Shown: in pieces, positions 1-10,053 of the stretch
Numbering within the stretch: position 1 is the first letter of the stretch
Layout: every line of letters starts with the position of its first letter
Source: Acidobacteriota bacterium
GTDB taxonomy: Bacteria; Acidobacteriota; UBA6911; RPQK01; JAJDTT01
Length of the DNA stretch: 64,000 nucleotides
Assembly: GCA_965219855.1 (NCBI GenBank)
Contig: CBDCOR010000029.1
Span: 28,886 to 92,885, forward strand
Direction of reading: 5' to 3'
Notes under the pieces: generated by a model
What the model saw: the letters and a program-made list of their open reading frames with translations, nothing else
Told to the model about the DNA's origin: nothing
The model's database searches: none
Translations under genes and position numbers: made by a program

Positions 1-350
1 CCAACTCCTGCGTCATTGCCCCGGGATCCTTCCTGCTGGCCCAGTCGGTAGAATACTTCAGGATTCCCAGGAACATCCTGACCCTCTGCGTCGGGAAGTC
101 GACATATGCTCGCTGCGGGGTTCTGGTCAATGTCACTCCCTTTGAGCCCGAGTGGGAAGGACATGCCACCTTGAGTATTTCCAACACCGGGACTTCGCCG
201 GTGAAGGTCCACTCGGGGGAGGGAATTGCGCAGCTGATATTCCTGAAGGCGGACGACGTCTGTCGGATCTCTTATGGAGATCGAAAGGGCAAGTATCAGG
301 CCCAACAGGGGATTGTCCACGCCCAAGTTCACGGCGGTGAGAAACGATGA
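1..350 (+). CDS. dcd: dCTP deaminase, C-terminal part (5' end outside window)
   Basis: The open frame from position 3 reads ...[45 protein letters not shown]...GIAQLIFL..., which is the conserved Dcd core. The TGA at 348-350 overlaps the leuS ATG (ATGA). Confidence 0.85.
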   Translation, partial: NSCVIAPGSFLLAQSVEYFRIPRNILTLCVGKSTYARCGVLVNVTPFEPEWEGHATLSISNTGTSPVKVHSGEGIAQLIFLKADDVCRISYGDRKGKYQAQQGIVHAQVHGGEKR

Positions 351-2851
351 AGGAGCACTACGATTTCGAAGCCATCGAGTTGAAATGGCAGCGAATTTGG
401 GCGGAGGAGGGAGACTCCGCAGTACACGAAGACGATAGCAAGGAAAAGTACTACGCACTCGAGATGCTCCCCTATCCATCCGGTGCCCTTCACCTGGGTC
501 ATGTCCGCAACTACTCTTTGGGCGACTCGATCGCTCGATTCAAGGGACTACGGGGGTACAACGTCCTTCACCCCATCGGCTGGGATGCGTTCGGGCTGCC
601 TGCAGAGAACGCGGCGATTCGCAATAAGGTTCCCCCTGGGCGTTGGACCCGGGACAACATTGCGCGGATGACCAAGCAGTGTCTGAGAATGGGCTGGTCC
701 TACGATTGGAGCCGTGAGATTGCGACTTGCACGCCCGAATATTACCGCTGGAACCAGTGGTTCTTCCTGCAGATGTACGACAAGGGCCTGGCCTACAAGA
801 GTCGTGGATTCGTCAACTGGTGCGAGCAATGCCAGACGGTTCTGGCCAATGAGCAGGTGGTCAACGGGCGCTGCTGGCGGGACGATAGCGTCGTCGTTCA
901 GAAGGATCTGGAGCAGTGGAATCTGCGCACTACAGAATACGCGGAGGAACTTCTGCAGGATTTGGACAAACTGAGCGCATGGCCGGACAAGGTGCTCACG
1001 ATGCAGCGGAACTGGATCGGAAAGTCGGTGGGTGCCCGAGTCCGGTTTCCCGTCGTCGATGCCGACGATCTCGAAATCGAAATCTTTACGACTCGGCTGG
1101 ACACCATCTACGGAGCTACCTTCATGGTGCTAGCACCCGAGCACTCTGAGGTCCGGAGCTGGTTAGATGATCCTACCCATGGCAGGGAGCTGAAGGCTTT
1201 TCTGGAGGAGATGCAACAGCAGGACCGATCTGTTCGCAGTGCCGAGGACACGGAGAAACAGGGCGTCTTCACGGGCCGCTACGCCCGGAACCCCTTCAGC
1301 CAGGAACGGATCCCGATCTGGGTCGCCAACTTTGTCCTCATGGAATATGGAACCGGCGCCATCATGGCGGTGCCCGCACACGACCAGAGAGACTACGAGT
1401 TTGCCGAAAAATACGAGCTCCCTATCCCCACGGTGATCGAGCCCGCCGGCGACCCTGCCGAAGCTGAGGCGGGGCGGGCGTTCTCTGACTACGGTCAGCT
1501 TGTCAACAGCGGTTCCTTCTCGGGTCTTAGCTCCAAGGAGGCGCAGGAGAAGATGGCGGAGTTTGCCCAGGCCGAAGGGATCGGGGAGAGATCAATTTCC
1601 TATCGTCTTCGGGATTGGGGGATCAGTCGTCAGCGCTATTGGGGAACTCCCATTCCGATCATCTATTGCGACAGCTGCGGGACCCTGCCCGTTCCCGAGG
1701 ATCAACTGCCGGTGCTGCTGCCCGAGACGCAGGAGCTCAGCCTGGGCGGGTCGCCACTCGCCAAGCTGCCTGACTTCGTCCAGGTGGATTGTCCCAGCTG
1801 CGGGGGCAAGGCTCGCCGCGAGACCGACACCCTCGATACCTTCATGGATAGTTCCTGGTACTTCTATCGATATACCGATGCCCAGATCGAAAGTCACGCC
1901 ATTCGGCAGAGCGCCGTGCGGTACTGGTTTCCGGTTGACATCTATATTGGTGGGGTGGAGCATGCGATCCTCCACCTCATCTACATGCGATTCTTCACCA
2001 AGGTCATGAGAGATCTTGGCTTGGTCGCATTGGACGAGCCGGTCAGCGCCCTTTTTACCCAGGGAATGGTGCTCAAGGATGGAGCCAAGATGAGCAAGAA
2101 CCTGGGAAACGTGGTCGCGCCGGACGAGATTGTCGCCGAGTACGGCGCGGACACGCTTCGTCTGTTCATTCAGTTCTGCGCACCGCCAGCGGGTGATCTG
2201 GAGTGGAGCCACAAGGGGCTGGAAGGGAGTTTCCGTTTTCTCAACCGTCTGTGGAGGCTGCTCTTTCGTTTTCACCTTCAGCTGCCCCCCTTGGAATCGG
2301 AAGCTGGCGGAGCTTCGGGCGCAATCAGTTCCCGAGGACCCGAAGTCCGGTCCGAAGATCGAAAGCTTCGGCGCAAGCTCCATCAGACCACCCGCAAGGT
2401 GACTCAGGACCTGGAGAGACTGCACCAGAATACTGCGATTGCGGCAATCATGGAGTTGCTGAACTCAGTCTACGAGTACGTGGACGCGACCGAGCCGGAG
2501 CCAGATCTGGAGCTGCTTCGTGAGGTCCTGGAACCAATGGCGCTGTTGGTGGCTCCCTTCGCGCCGCACTTTGCAGAGGAAACCCGCTCGGTTCTGGGCC
2601 ATCAGACTCGTCTGAAATCTGCCTCCTGGCCTGAATTTGACGCTGAACTAGCTCGCGAGGAGGAAATCGAGGTCGTGATACAGGTCAACGGCAAGGTGCG
2701 GGCGAAGATCGTAACGGCTTCCGGGGTTTCCTCTGATGAAATGAAGGAGCTCGCTTTGGGAGACGAACGGATCGAAAGCTATATTGCAGGAAAGAGGATG
2801 ATCAAACTGGTCGTGGTTCCAGAGAAACTGGTTAATATCGTGGTGTACTAA
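347..2851 (+). CDS. leuS: leucine--tRNA ligase
   Basis: 834-aa ORF with the class I HIGH-type motif ([15 protein letters not shown]), a KMSKN (KMSKS-type) motif, and the CP1/zinc region CDSCG...CPSCGG. Confidence 0.97.
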   Translation: MKEHYDFEAIELKWQRIWAEEGDSAVHEDDSKEKYYALEMLPYPSGALHLGHVRNYSLGDSIARFKGLRGYNVLHPIGWDAFGLPAENAAIRNKVPPGRWTRDNIARMTKQCLRMGWSYDWSREIATCTPEYYRWNQWFFLQMYDKGLAYKSRGFVNWCEQCQTVLANEQVVNGRCWRDDSVVVQKDLEQWNLRTTEYAEELLQDLDKLSAWPDKVLTMQRNWIGKSVGARVRFPVVDADDLEIEIFTTRLDTIYGATFMVLAPEHSEVRSWLDDPTHGRELKAFLEEMQQQDRSVRSAEDTEKQGVFTGRYARNPFSQERIPIWVANFVLMEYGTGAIMAVPAHDQRDYEFAEKYELPIPTVIEPAGDPAEAEAGRAFSDYGQLVNSGSFSGLSSKEAQEKMAEFAQAEGIGERSISYRLRDWGISRQRYWGTPIPIIYCDSCGTLPVPEDQLPVLLPETQELSLGGSPLAKLPDFVQVDCPSCGGKARRETDTLDTFMDSSWYFYRYTDAQIESHAIRQSAVRYWFPVDIYIGGVEHAILHLIYMRFFTKVMRDLGLVALDEPVSALFTQGMVLKDGAKMSKNLGNVVAPDEIVAEYGADTLRLFIQFCAPPAGDLEWSHKGLEGSFRFLNRLWRLLFRFHLQLPPLESEAGGASGAISSRGPEVRSEDRKLRRKLHQTTRKVTQDLERLHQNTAIAAIMELLNSVYEYVDATEPEPDLELLREVLEPMALLVAPFAPHFAEETRSVLGHQTRLKSASWPEFDAELAREEEIEVVIQVNGKVRAKIVTASGVSSDEMKELALGDERIESYIAGKRMIKLVVVPEKLVNIVVY

Positions 2852-2882
2852 GCCGCCTCGTAGGCTTCGTAGACTTCTACCG

Positions 2883-3401
2883 ATGATGAGATCCGGTCTG
2901 TTTCTTGCGGCTGCGGTGTTTCTGGGGGCTGGTTCGGCCTGTGGCTATCGGGTTGCGTCCAAGAACCGTCTGAGTCCACAGTTCCGTACCCTGGCTGTTC
3001 TTCCCTTGGAAAATAAAACCACTACCTCTGAGGTCGAGCAGATTCTCACGCGGTCCCTGGTCCGAGCATTCGTGGAGAAGTCTGCCTATCAGGTGCTCAA
3101 CGACCCTTCCAAGGCCGATGCGGTGCTCCGCGGTGTGGTATCGGGACTCAGGGCCAGTCCCGTTATCTTTCGTCGGGGAACCTTCGGATCCACCTTCTTG
3201 GTGACACTTCAAGCCCAGGTGGAACTGGAGGATCAGCGGAGTGGCAAGATACTCTACAAGAACGACGGATACATCTTTCGCGAGCAGTACCAGATCAATG
3301 TTGATGTCGAGAACTTTTTTTCCGAGTTGAATCCTGCTCTTGGGCGGGTGGCAGGAGATTTTGCCTCCAGCGTCGTTACCACGCTGTTGGAGAGCTATTA
3401 G
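2883..3401 (+). CDS. lptE: LptE-like outer-membrane lipoprotein
   Basis: 172 aa with a signal peptide and lipobox (LGAGSAC). Its size and its position right after leuS and upstream of holA match the conserved leuS-lptE-holA arrangement. Sequence similarity itself is weak. Confidence 0.5.
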   Translation: MMRSGLFLAAAVFLGAGSACGYRVASKNRLSPQFRTLAVLPLENKTTTSEVEQILTRSLVRAFVEKSAYQVLNDPSKADAVLRGVVSGLRASPVIFRRGTFGSTFLVTLQAQVELEDQRSGKILYKNDGYIFREQYQINVDVENFFSELNPALGRVAGDFASSVVTTLLESY

Positions 3402-3515
3402 GCCTAGTGTTGTTCCTCTTAAGGGTTCGTTCAAGAATAACTTCGCAGAGTTGGCGCTCAGATGGTGTGAATCTGAGATGCCAGAATGTGAAGTTATTTT
3501 TGAACGAGCCCTAAG

Positions 3516-5385
3516 CCCAAAAGAAGTGGATGAAAGTGGACTAAACCACATGTAAACACCTGAAATGCCAGACCTGACGGGTATTCTGGGGTTGTCAAAG
3601 AAACTTCAGAACAAGCCGAAAGGAGGCATTTCAGGTGAAGAAAAAGGATAGCGCAATCATCCGCAAACGGGAAGCAGAGGTTGCTCAGCGATTGAGCCCC
3701 AGCTGGAACGGTCAAGACCCGAAACCGGTGCTCTCGCCCGAGGTCATCAGCTACGAGGTCTCGGAGAAAACGGGTGCGGTCAGTTACGGTGGTCTGGGGC
3801 TGCTGCAGCAGGTGGTGAAGTGGAGTGGGCTGGGGAAAGCCATTGACCAGGCGGTGACGCTGCTCAAACGCCACCAACCGTACCACGAATCGGACCACGT
3901 CCTGAGCCTGATCTACAACGTGGCCACGGGCGGGACCCGCTATCAGGATATTGAACTGCGACGTCAGAGTGTGAGTTTCCTGGAGGCGGTGGGAGCCGAG
4001 AAGATCCCCGCCCCCAGCACGGCCGGAGACTTTGTGCGCCGCTTTGACGCGCCCGACGTGGTGGATCTGATGGAAGCCGTCAATGCCAGCCGCCTCAAGG
4101 TCTGGGCCCAACAACCGGCCCGTTTCTTCCAACGGGCGGAGATCGACGTGGATGGGACGATGGCCCCCACGAGCGGCGAATGCAAGGAAGGGATGGAGAT
4201 CAGCTACGACGGGCAGTGGGGCTATGCGCCGCTGATCGTGACGCTGGCCAATACGGGAGAGGTGCTCTATGCGGTCAACCGCTCGGGCAACCGTCCCTCT
4301 CATGAGGGAGCGGCCGAATGGCTGGATCGGAGTATCGAGCTGGTTCGAGAGGCGGGTTTTCGGAAGGTGCGCCTGCGCGGGGACACGGATTTTTCGCTGA
4401 CGGCTCATTTTGACCGTTGGACGGAGGCGGGCGTGGAGTTTGACTTCGGGATCGACGCCCATCCGAGCTTCGTCAAGTGGGCGGAGGCGTTGCCAGAAGC
4501 GAGATGGAAAGAGCTGGGGCGCCCCAGCCAGGGGAAAGGAAAAGGGAAGAAGCGGCGCCAGCAGCGGGACAAAGTGAAGCCGGAGATTGTCAAGAGACGC
4601 GGGTTCAAGACGCTGACGCTGGAACGGGAAGAGATCGCGGAGATCGACTACCGTCCGAGCAAAGCGAAGCGAACCTATCGGATGGTGATCTTGCGCAAGA
4701 CGATCCTGGTCGAGAAAGGCCAGAAGCGGCTGCTGCCGCAGACGCGCTACCACTTTTATGTCACCAATATCTCGGCCAGAACGTTGGGAACGGCGGGAGT
4801 CGTACGGGAAAACAACCGGCGCTGCAACCAGGAGAACGTCATTGAACAACTCAAGAACGGAGTCGAGGCCCTGCGGATGCCCTCGGATACGCTGGTAGCC
4901 AACTGGGCCTATCTGGTGATTGCGGCTCAAGCCTGGAATCTGAAGGCCTGGATGGGGTTGGTGCTGCCGGCGCGACTGCAAGCCCGAGAGCTGGTGAAGA
5001 TGGAGTATCGCCGTTTCCTGCGAGAGGTCATTGAAATGCCCTGCCAGATTTTGCGCAGGGGCCGACAGTTGGTCTATCGGCTGCTGGATGTCAATGGTTG
5101 GAGCCGTCTTCTCTTGGAAGGCAGTAAGTGGTTGAAACACCGGCCAGCTACCTGAAACTGAAAGGAGATAAAGTAGCTCCGAGGGTCGCCAGAGCTGGGG
5201 CGAGGTGTCTCTACAAACGCCCCCCAAGAGGGCAGAATCGTTTTCCCTGAGCGATCGGCGTGGAGGACAGCTGAACACGTGCCTGTTCTGAGTGACTTCG
5301 CGCCGAAATTTAGAATTTAGGTCTCCAAAATGGCTCCTCGGAGCCGACAAAGGGGTCTATTTTCGAACTTGCGCTTATTTTGGGC
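3516..5385 (+). mobile_element. IS1380-family insertion sequence, copy 1 (1870 bp)
   Basis: One of three near-identical copies. The ends are CCCAAAAGAAG... and ...CTTATTTTGGGC. It is flanked by direct CTAAG at 3511-3515 and 5386-5390. Confidence 0.9.
3635..5155 (+). CDS. IS1380-family DDE transposase
   Basis: 506 aa with a GTG start 8 nt after AGGAGG. The layout is typical of IS1380 transposases (..DVDGT..., QWGYAPLIV, RLRGDTDF...). Confidence 0.88.
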   Translation: MKKKDSAIIRKREAEVAQRLSPSWNGQDPKPVLSPEVISYEVSEKTGAVSYGGLGLLQQVVKWSGLGKAIDQAVTLLKRHQPYHESDHVLSLIYNVATGGTRYQDIELRRQSVSFLEAVGAEKIPAPSTAGDFVRRFDAPDVVDLMEAVNASRLKVWAQQPARFFQRAEIDVDGTMAPTSGECKEGMEISYDGQWGYAPLIVTLANTGEVLYAVNRSGNRPSHEGAAEWLDRSIELVREAGFRKVRLRGDTDFSLTAHFDRWTEAGVEFDFGIDAHPSFVKWAEALPEARWKELGRPSQGKGKGKKRRQQRDKVKPEIVKRRGFKTLTLEREEIAEIDYRPSKAKRTYRMVILRKTILVEKGQKRLLPQTRYHFYVTNISARTLGTAGVVRENNRRCNQENVIEQLKNGVEALRMPSDTLVANWAYLVIAAQAWNLKAWMGLVLPARLQARELVKMEYRRFLREVIEMPCQILRRGRQLVYRLLDVNGWSRLLLEGSKWLKHRPAT

Positions 5386-5389
5386 CTAA

Positions 5390-5472
5390 GTAGCTTTGGC
5401 CTCCAGGCCGACGCCTTTCTGTCGAGCCTGGCAGCTCGAAGTTCGGACGGCGGCCTGGAGACCACCGCCACG
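5390..5472. repeat. REP-like repeat (GTAGCTTTGGCCTCCAGGCCGA...GGACGGCGGCCTGGAG), copy 1
   Basis: About 80 bp. It is similar in inverted orientation to 57967-58044 and directly abuts the IS1380 copy 1 insertion site. Confidence 0.7.
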
Positions 5473-5491
5473 ATTAAGCAAGAGGCTGTAG

Positions 5492-6181
5492 ATGAAGATC
5501 GGATTTACGGGCATAGAGCTGCCGGCTGGAAAAACCAAATACAAAGACGAAAATCTCGAAGCCTTGGCGGCCAAGGACAAACCCAAGAAAGTGTCGCCGT
5601 ACTTTGCCGAATTCATCCGCGATGAGTTTGTCCAGGTCGATGCCATCGTGGTTCCAAAGGCGAAGATTCTGGATCTCTTGATTTACGACCTGGAGAGTCT
5701 GGACGGACGCCTGTCGCGTGCCGATGATCCCAGCGAGATCGCGCTGCTTGAGAAATGTATCAGTACGCTCGAAAAGGAAGTACCGCTTTGCGAAGTGGAC
5801 TTTTCCGAAGCGGAAACAAAGACGCTTGGCACGCTGGGTCCGTACAGTCTGAAACCCGTGGCACAGATTGAAGATAGCATCGAGGTGAACCAGGTCATAT
5901 CGCAAGCGATCGATAAGGCGGGTCTCATGTTCTTCTATACCTCCGGGCCCCAGGAATCTCATGCATGGCTGGTCGAGAAGGACTCGGATATCGTCGACTG
6001 TGCTGCCAAGATTCACACTGACCTCGCGCGTGGTTTTATCAAGGGGGACGTGGTCAGCTTCGACGAGTATATGAGTTGTCACAACTTCAATGACTGCAAA
6101 GCCAAGGGGGTGGCCAAACTCGTCGATCGCGGTTATCTTGTTCAGCCCGAAGAAGTAATAGAGATTCGGTTCAGCGTCTAA
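5492..6181 (+). CDS. YchF-like protein lacking a canonical G domain (DUF933/TGS-like C-terminus)
   Basis: 229 aa. The C-terminus GLMFFYTSGPQESHAWLVEKDSDIVDCAAKIHTDLARGFIKGDVVSF...VIEIRFSV matches the YchF C-terminal domain. The N-terminus (GIELPAGKT) is not a canonical GxxxxGKS/T P-loop. Confidence 0.7.
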   Translation: MKIGFTGIELPAGKTKYKDENLEALAAKDKPKKVSPYFAEFIRDEFVQVDAIVVPKAKILDLLIYDLESLDGRLSRADDPSEIALLEKCISTLEKEVPLCEVDFSEAETKTLGTLGPYSLKPVAQIEDSIEVNQVISQAIDKAGLMFFYTSGPQESHAWLVEKDSDIVDCAAKIHTDLARGFIKGDVVSFDEYMSCHNFNDCKAKGVAKLVDRGYLVQPEEVIEIRFSV

Positions 6182-6189
6182 GCCAACCC

Positions 6190-7137
6190 ATGAAATTCTC
6201 GGAGTTCCAGGAATCGGTCGTCTCACCCCAGCCGGTCTACGCCCTGCTCACCAAAGAAACCTATTTCAGGCAACAGGTGTACGAGTTCTGCAGGGAACAG
6301 GTAGACGCCGCGGCTCGGAACTTCGATTGGTCCGTTTTCGATCTGGAAACCGATTCCATCCTCGATGTCGTGAACACCGCACGGACGCTACCTTGGATGG
6401 TTCCCAGGCGTTGGATCTATGTAAGAGACTCGGGCAAGACTGGCCAGGGTCTCATCGAATATGCAAAGAACCCGGCTTCTCGTACCGTCCTGGTTCTGGA
6501 GACCTCACGGCTTCCCGCGAAGTGGCCGAAGGTCCCCCTCATCGAATTCGAAAAGAATCCGGACCCGGTGCGCTGGGTGGTAGCCCAGGTTCAGAAGGAG
6601 GGCTATCGGATCGAGCCGCAAGCCGCTCGCGCTCTGGTCGAGCTGGCAGGAGAAGATCTTCAGCGACTGAGCCGTGAGTTGGAGAAGCAGCAGCTGTCTC
6701 ACTGGGAGTCCAAAGAAATCACTCTAGAAGCGGTTCGTACGATGACCCTCCAGAGCAGGGAATACGACGTATTCGCGCTGATCGGAGCCATGGCTTCGGG
6801 CCAGAGGTCCACGGCCCTGCAGATTCTCAACCGCCTCTGCGACCAAGGGGTAGGAGGCCCCCAGATCCTGGCTTTGCTCTATTGGAACTTTCGGCGTTTA
6901 CGCGTAGCGAAGGAAATGTTGGATCAGGGCCGTCCCTTTCAGATCATTCTGAAAGATCTCAAGATCTGGAGCTATCGCGGTAAGGAGAGGGCCGTCCGAG
7001 GCTACTCCCTGGAATGGCTGGAGACGACTCTCCTGGGGATCCGCCGGACCGACCGTCTGTGCAAGACCACGAGCGGTGAGATCCGCTTTCACCTTGAGCG
7101 CCTGCTGATTGACAGCTGCCAGAAGTCGCTTCTATAA
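6190..7137 (+). CDS. holA: DNA polymerase III subunit delta
   Basis: 315 aa with a HolA-like pattern (..ARALVELAGEDLQRLSRELEKQ.., ..VFALIGAMASG..ALQILNRL...G..P..IL). It sits in conserved synteny after leuS and lptE. Confidence 0.85.
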   Translation: MKFSEFQESVVSPQPVYALLTKETYFRQQVYEFCREQVDAAARNFDWSVFDLETDSILDVVNTARTLPWMVPRRWIYVRDSGKTGQGLIEYAKNPASRTVLVLETSRLPAKWPKVPLIEFEKNPDPVRWVVAQVQKEGYRIEPQAARALVELAGEDLQRLSRELEKQQLSHWESKEITLEAVRTMTLQSREYDVFALIGAMASGQRSTALQILNRLCDQGVGGPQILALLYWNFRRLRVAKEMLDQGRPFQIILKDLKIWSYRGKERAVRGYSLEWLETTLLGIRRTDRLCKTTSGEIRFHLERLLIDSCQKSLL

Positions 7138-7170
7138 TAAGCGCTGCTTGACCTCAAGGAGTAGTGATTT

Positions 7171-7452
7171 ATGCCCAACATAAAGTCGGCCGCGAAGCGG
7201 ATGCGACAAAACGAAAAGCGCAAACAGAGAAACCGTCATCATCTCTCGAAGATGAGGACTGAGATCAAGAGATTCCGCCGTCTCCTGGCCGAAGATAAGT
7301 CCGGTGAAGCCAAGGATCGACTGTCGCTGGTCTACTCGGTCATCGATCACACGGCCCAGAAAGGGGTCATCCATCGGAACACAGCGGCGCGCTATAAGTC
7401 TCGACTAACGAGCAGCTTGAATCACGCTCTGGGCGCCTCCACCGTGAGCTAG
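7171..7452 (+). CDS. rpsT: 30S ribosomal protein S20
   Basis: 93 aa beginning MPNIKSAAKRMRQNEKRKQRNR, the canonical S20 N-terminus. Confidence 0.95.
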   Translation: MPNIKSAAKRMRQNEKRKQRNRHHLSKMRTEIKRFRRLLAEDKSGEAKDRLSLVYSVIDHTAQKGVIHRNTAARYKSRLTSSLNHALGASTVS

Positions 7453-7533
7453 CGGAGCACTGTCCCAGCCGGGGGCGTCACCAGGATCCAGCAACTCCGA
7501 TGCGTCTTTGAAAGGAACTCGATAGCCCCGCCT

Positions 7534-8496
7534 TTGAGAAAAGTTCTCCTACCTGCTCGGGGAGCAGAAGTACTCTTTGACGTTCGCGACGAGAACGTTC
7601 GCCTCTTAGAATCTCTCTTTCAGGTTCGCATCAGTGCTCGAGGGTCTCGAGTTTCAATCGAAGGTGAAGAGGACAAGGAAGGGGAGCTCGAGGGCATCCT
7701 CGGCGATTTCTCGAGCCTGATCACCGAAGGCTGTTCCTTCTCCAACGGCGAGCTCCGAGGGGCGTTTCAGCAGATTTCGGAGGGAGCCGCCCAAAGCCTT
7801 CGCGATTTTTTCCCCAAGAAACCTATTCTCAAGACCTCGCTAAGAGAAGTAACTCCACGCAGTCTGAATCAGAGTCGCTACGTCAACGCCATCGATCAGC
7901 ACGATCTGGTCTTCGGAATAGGTCCCGCCGGCACCGGCAAGACCTATCTTGCCGTGGCCATGGCGGTCTCCTTTCTGCGTGAGAAGCAGGTCCAGCGAAT
8001 TGTCCTGGCCCGACCTGCAGTAGAGGCAGGAGAGAAGCTGGGGTTTCTTCCCGGAGATATGCAGGAGAAGGTAAACCCTTATCTGCGGCCTCTCTCCGAC
8101 GCGCTCTTCCACCTCCTGGGAGGGGATAGGGTCCAGAGGTTCATAGATCGCGGTGTGATCGAGATCGCCCCCCTGGCCTTCATGCGAGGGCGCACCCTGA
8201 GCGACTCCTTCATCATTCTGGATGAAGCCCAGAACTGCACCTCCGAACAAATGAAGATGTTCTTGACCCGTATCGGCCTCAACTCGAAGACGGTGGTGAC
8301 AGGCGACGTTACCCAGATAGACCTGCCTGCGGGGCAGACGTCGGGGCTGGTAGAAGCACAGTCGATTCTGGCCGGCATGGAGGGAATTTCAATGTGCGGG
8401 TTCGACCGTAAGGATGTGGTCAGACACCGCTTGGTAAAGGTCATCATACGGGCCTACGAGCAGAAGCCGCCTGGACCCGAAGCCAAGCGTACCTGA
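7534..8496 (+). CDS. phoH: PhoH-family ATPase
   Basis: 320 aa with Walker A GPAGTGKTYLAVAMAV, a Walker B-like IILDEAQN, and PhoH signature regions. The start is TTG, so the start position is uncertain. Confidence 0.9.
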   Translation: MRKVLLPARGAEVLFDVRDENVRLLESLFQVRISARGSRVSIEGEEDKEGELEGILGDFSSLITEGCSFSNGELRGAFQQISEGAAQSLRDFFPKKPILKTSLREVTPRSLNQSRYVNAIDQHDLVFGIGPAGTGKTYLAVAMAVSFLREKQVQRIVLARPAVEAGEKLGFLPGDMQEKVNPYLRPLSDALFHLLGGDRVQRFIDRGVIEIAPLAFMRGRTLSDSFIILDEAQNCTSEQMKMFLTRIGLNSKTVVTGDVTQIDLPAGQTSGLVEAQSILAGMEGISMCGFDRKDVVRHRLVKVIIRAYEQKPPGPEAKRT

Positions 8497-8515
8497 TCGA
8501 TAACAGGAGTTTTCC

Positions 8516-9586
8516 GTGGGCGCGAATCAGAAGCATGTGGTGGTCCTTTGTGGTGGGCGATCGGCAGAGCACGAAGTTTCGCTTCGCTCTGCAGTTTCCG
8601 TACTGACCTATCTGGATCCGCAGAAATATCGCGTCTCCGTCATCGGAATCGAGAAAGACGGCTCGGTTTATAGCACCCGACAATTGAGCGAAAAGCTGGT
8701 CTTACCCCAGGACAGATCAGTCGAGTTCCTCGACGGTAGACACTGGCTCTGCCTGCTGGCTGAGATGCAGGGTTCGATCGACATGGTTATTCCGGTTCTA
8801 CATGGACCTTTTGGGGAGGATGGAACCGTCCAGGGGGCGTTACAATTGCTGAATACACCCTATGTGGGGGCAGGAGTCTGGGGGTCGGCCGTCGGCATGA
8901 ACAAGATCCATGCAAAGAGGCTTCTGCTGCACGCGGGCGTCCCGGTCTTGCCCTACGTTGAAACAGATCGAAATCGGTGGACCCTGGACGAGGAGGCGGT
9001 GCTGAATCGAGTCGAGGACGAGCTGCCCTATCCGGTTTTCATCAAGCCCGCCAACATGGGGTCCTCGATCGGGGTTAGCCGAAGCCAGAATAGGCGGGAT
9101 CTCGCCTCGCACATCGTCGAGGCGTTGCGCTTCGATGACTTCATTCTGATTGAAAAGGGAATCGAAGCCCGTGAGATCGAGGTTTCTGTGATTGGAAACT
9201 GGGAACCTCGTGCCTCGCTGGCTGGAGAGATCGTGCCCTCCGGCGAGTTCTACACCTACGAAGCCAAGTACATCGACAAAGACAGTCAGCTTTTGATCCC
9301 AGCTCCACTCTCTGAGTCCAGCATGAATGAGGTCCGCAGTCTGGCTCTGAGAACCTACCAAGTTCTTCAGCTGGAAGGTATGGCACGCGTTGATTTCTTG
9401 CTAGAGAAGGAACGCGATCGGTTTTGGGTCAACGAGTCTAATACCATCCCCGGCTTCACCGACATCAGTATGTATCCGAAGCTGTGGGAGGCATCTGGTC
9501 TTTCCTATGCCAGCCTGCTGGACGAGTTGATCGCTCTTGGCATGGAGCGACATGAACGGGCTCAGGGGTTGTCAGTTGACAGATGA
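8516..9586 (+). CDS. ddl: D-alanine--D-alanine ligase
   Basis: 356 aa with ATP-grasp Ddl motifs (HGPFGEDGTVQG, FIKPANMGSSIGV, NESNTIPGFT). Confidence 0.93.
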   Translation: MGANQKHVVVLCGGRSAEHEVSLRSAVSVLTYLDPQKYRVSVIGIEKDGSVYSTRQLSEKLVLPQDRSVEFLDGRHWLCLLAEMQGSIDMVIPVLHGPFGEDGTVQGALQLLNTPYVGAGVWGSAVGMNKIHAKRLLLHAGVPVLPYVETDRNRWTLDEEAVLNRVEDELPYPVFIKPANMGSSIGVSRSQNRRDLASHIVEALRFDDFILIEKGIEAREIEVSVIGNWEPRASLAGEIVPSGEFYTYEAKYIDKDSQLLIPAPLSESSMNEVRSLALRTYQVLQLEGMARVDFLLEKERDRFWVNESNTIPGFTDISMYPKLWEASGLSYASLLDELIALGMERHERAQGLSVDR

Positions 9587-9728
9587 TCCTTCTCGGAACG
9601 GTGGACGGGCAGCTGGGGAGAAACCGGGTCGCCTTGGTGCTTGAACGGTAGGAGTACATTTGCTAGATTTGAACTCGAGGTTAAACGAGACGGGGGAACT
9701 GAAAATCCAATTTGGAGGAGATTAAGTT

Positions 9729-9959
9729 ATGGATGACGCTGTCGTCAAGGATCATCTGATGAGAACCGACGAGCAGTTCATGAAGTTGGCGGAGGAACAC
9801 CAGGAGTATGAAGACCGACTTGAATTGCTGTTGGGGAAGCCATTTCTGAACCAGGATGAGCAGGTCGAAGAGACTGTTATCAAGAAGAGGAAACTGGCGC
9901 TGAAAGATCGGATGCAGGTGATCATTCATCAACATCAGGTCCAGAGTTCTGCCCCTTAG
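9729..9959 (+). CDS. DUF465 (YdcH-like) small protein
   Basis: 76 aa with a strong SD (GGAGGAG). The heptad-rich sequence ..QFMKLAEEHQEYEDRLELL..LNQDEQVEETVIKKRKLALKDRM is typical of DUF465. Confidence 0.7.
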   Translation: MDDAVVKDHLMRTDEQFMKLAEEHQEYEDRLELLLGKPFLNQDEQVEETVIKKRKLALKDRMQVIIHQHQVQSSAP

Positions 9960-10053
9960 CTCGAGTCTCCTGTAGGCCACCTTCGTCTTCGGATCGGTCC
10001 CGCCGATCACTGTTTATCCCATCCGGGGACGTTCTGACCTTTCCTCGGAAAAA

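Noticed and set aside
1592-2425. Long antisense ORFs inside leuS (also 14064-14963 in glyQ, 21477-22127 in lpxD, 59255-60127 in the hydrolase-like gene, and 25482-25881 in xerD).
   Set aside because: These are typical GC-rich shadow frames opposite well-supported genes.
3494-5350. The 618-aa ORF antisense to the IS1380 transposase (also 38207-39697, and the N-terminal part of the 979-aa ORF 52731-55670).
   Set aside because: It is Pro/Arg/Leu/Gly-rich with no recognisable motifs and mirrors the codon structure of the real transposase on the opposite strand. The 979-aa ORF is a chimera of this antisense frame with the symporter C-terminus.
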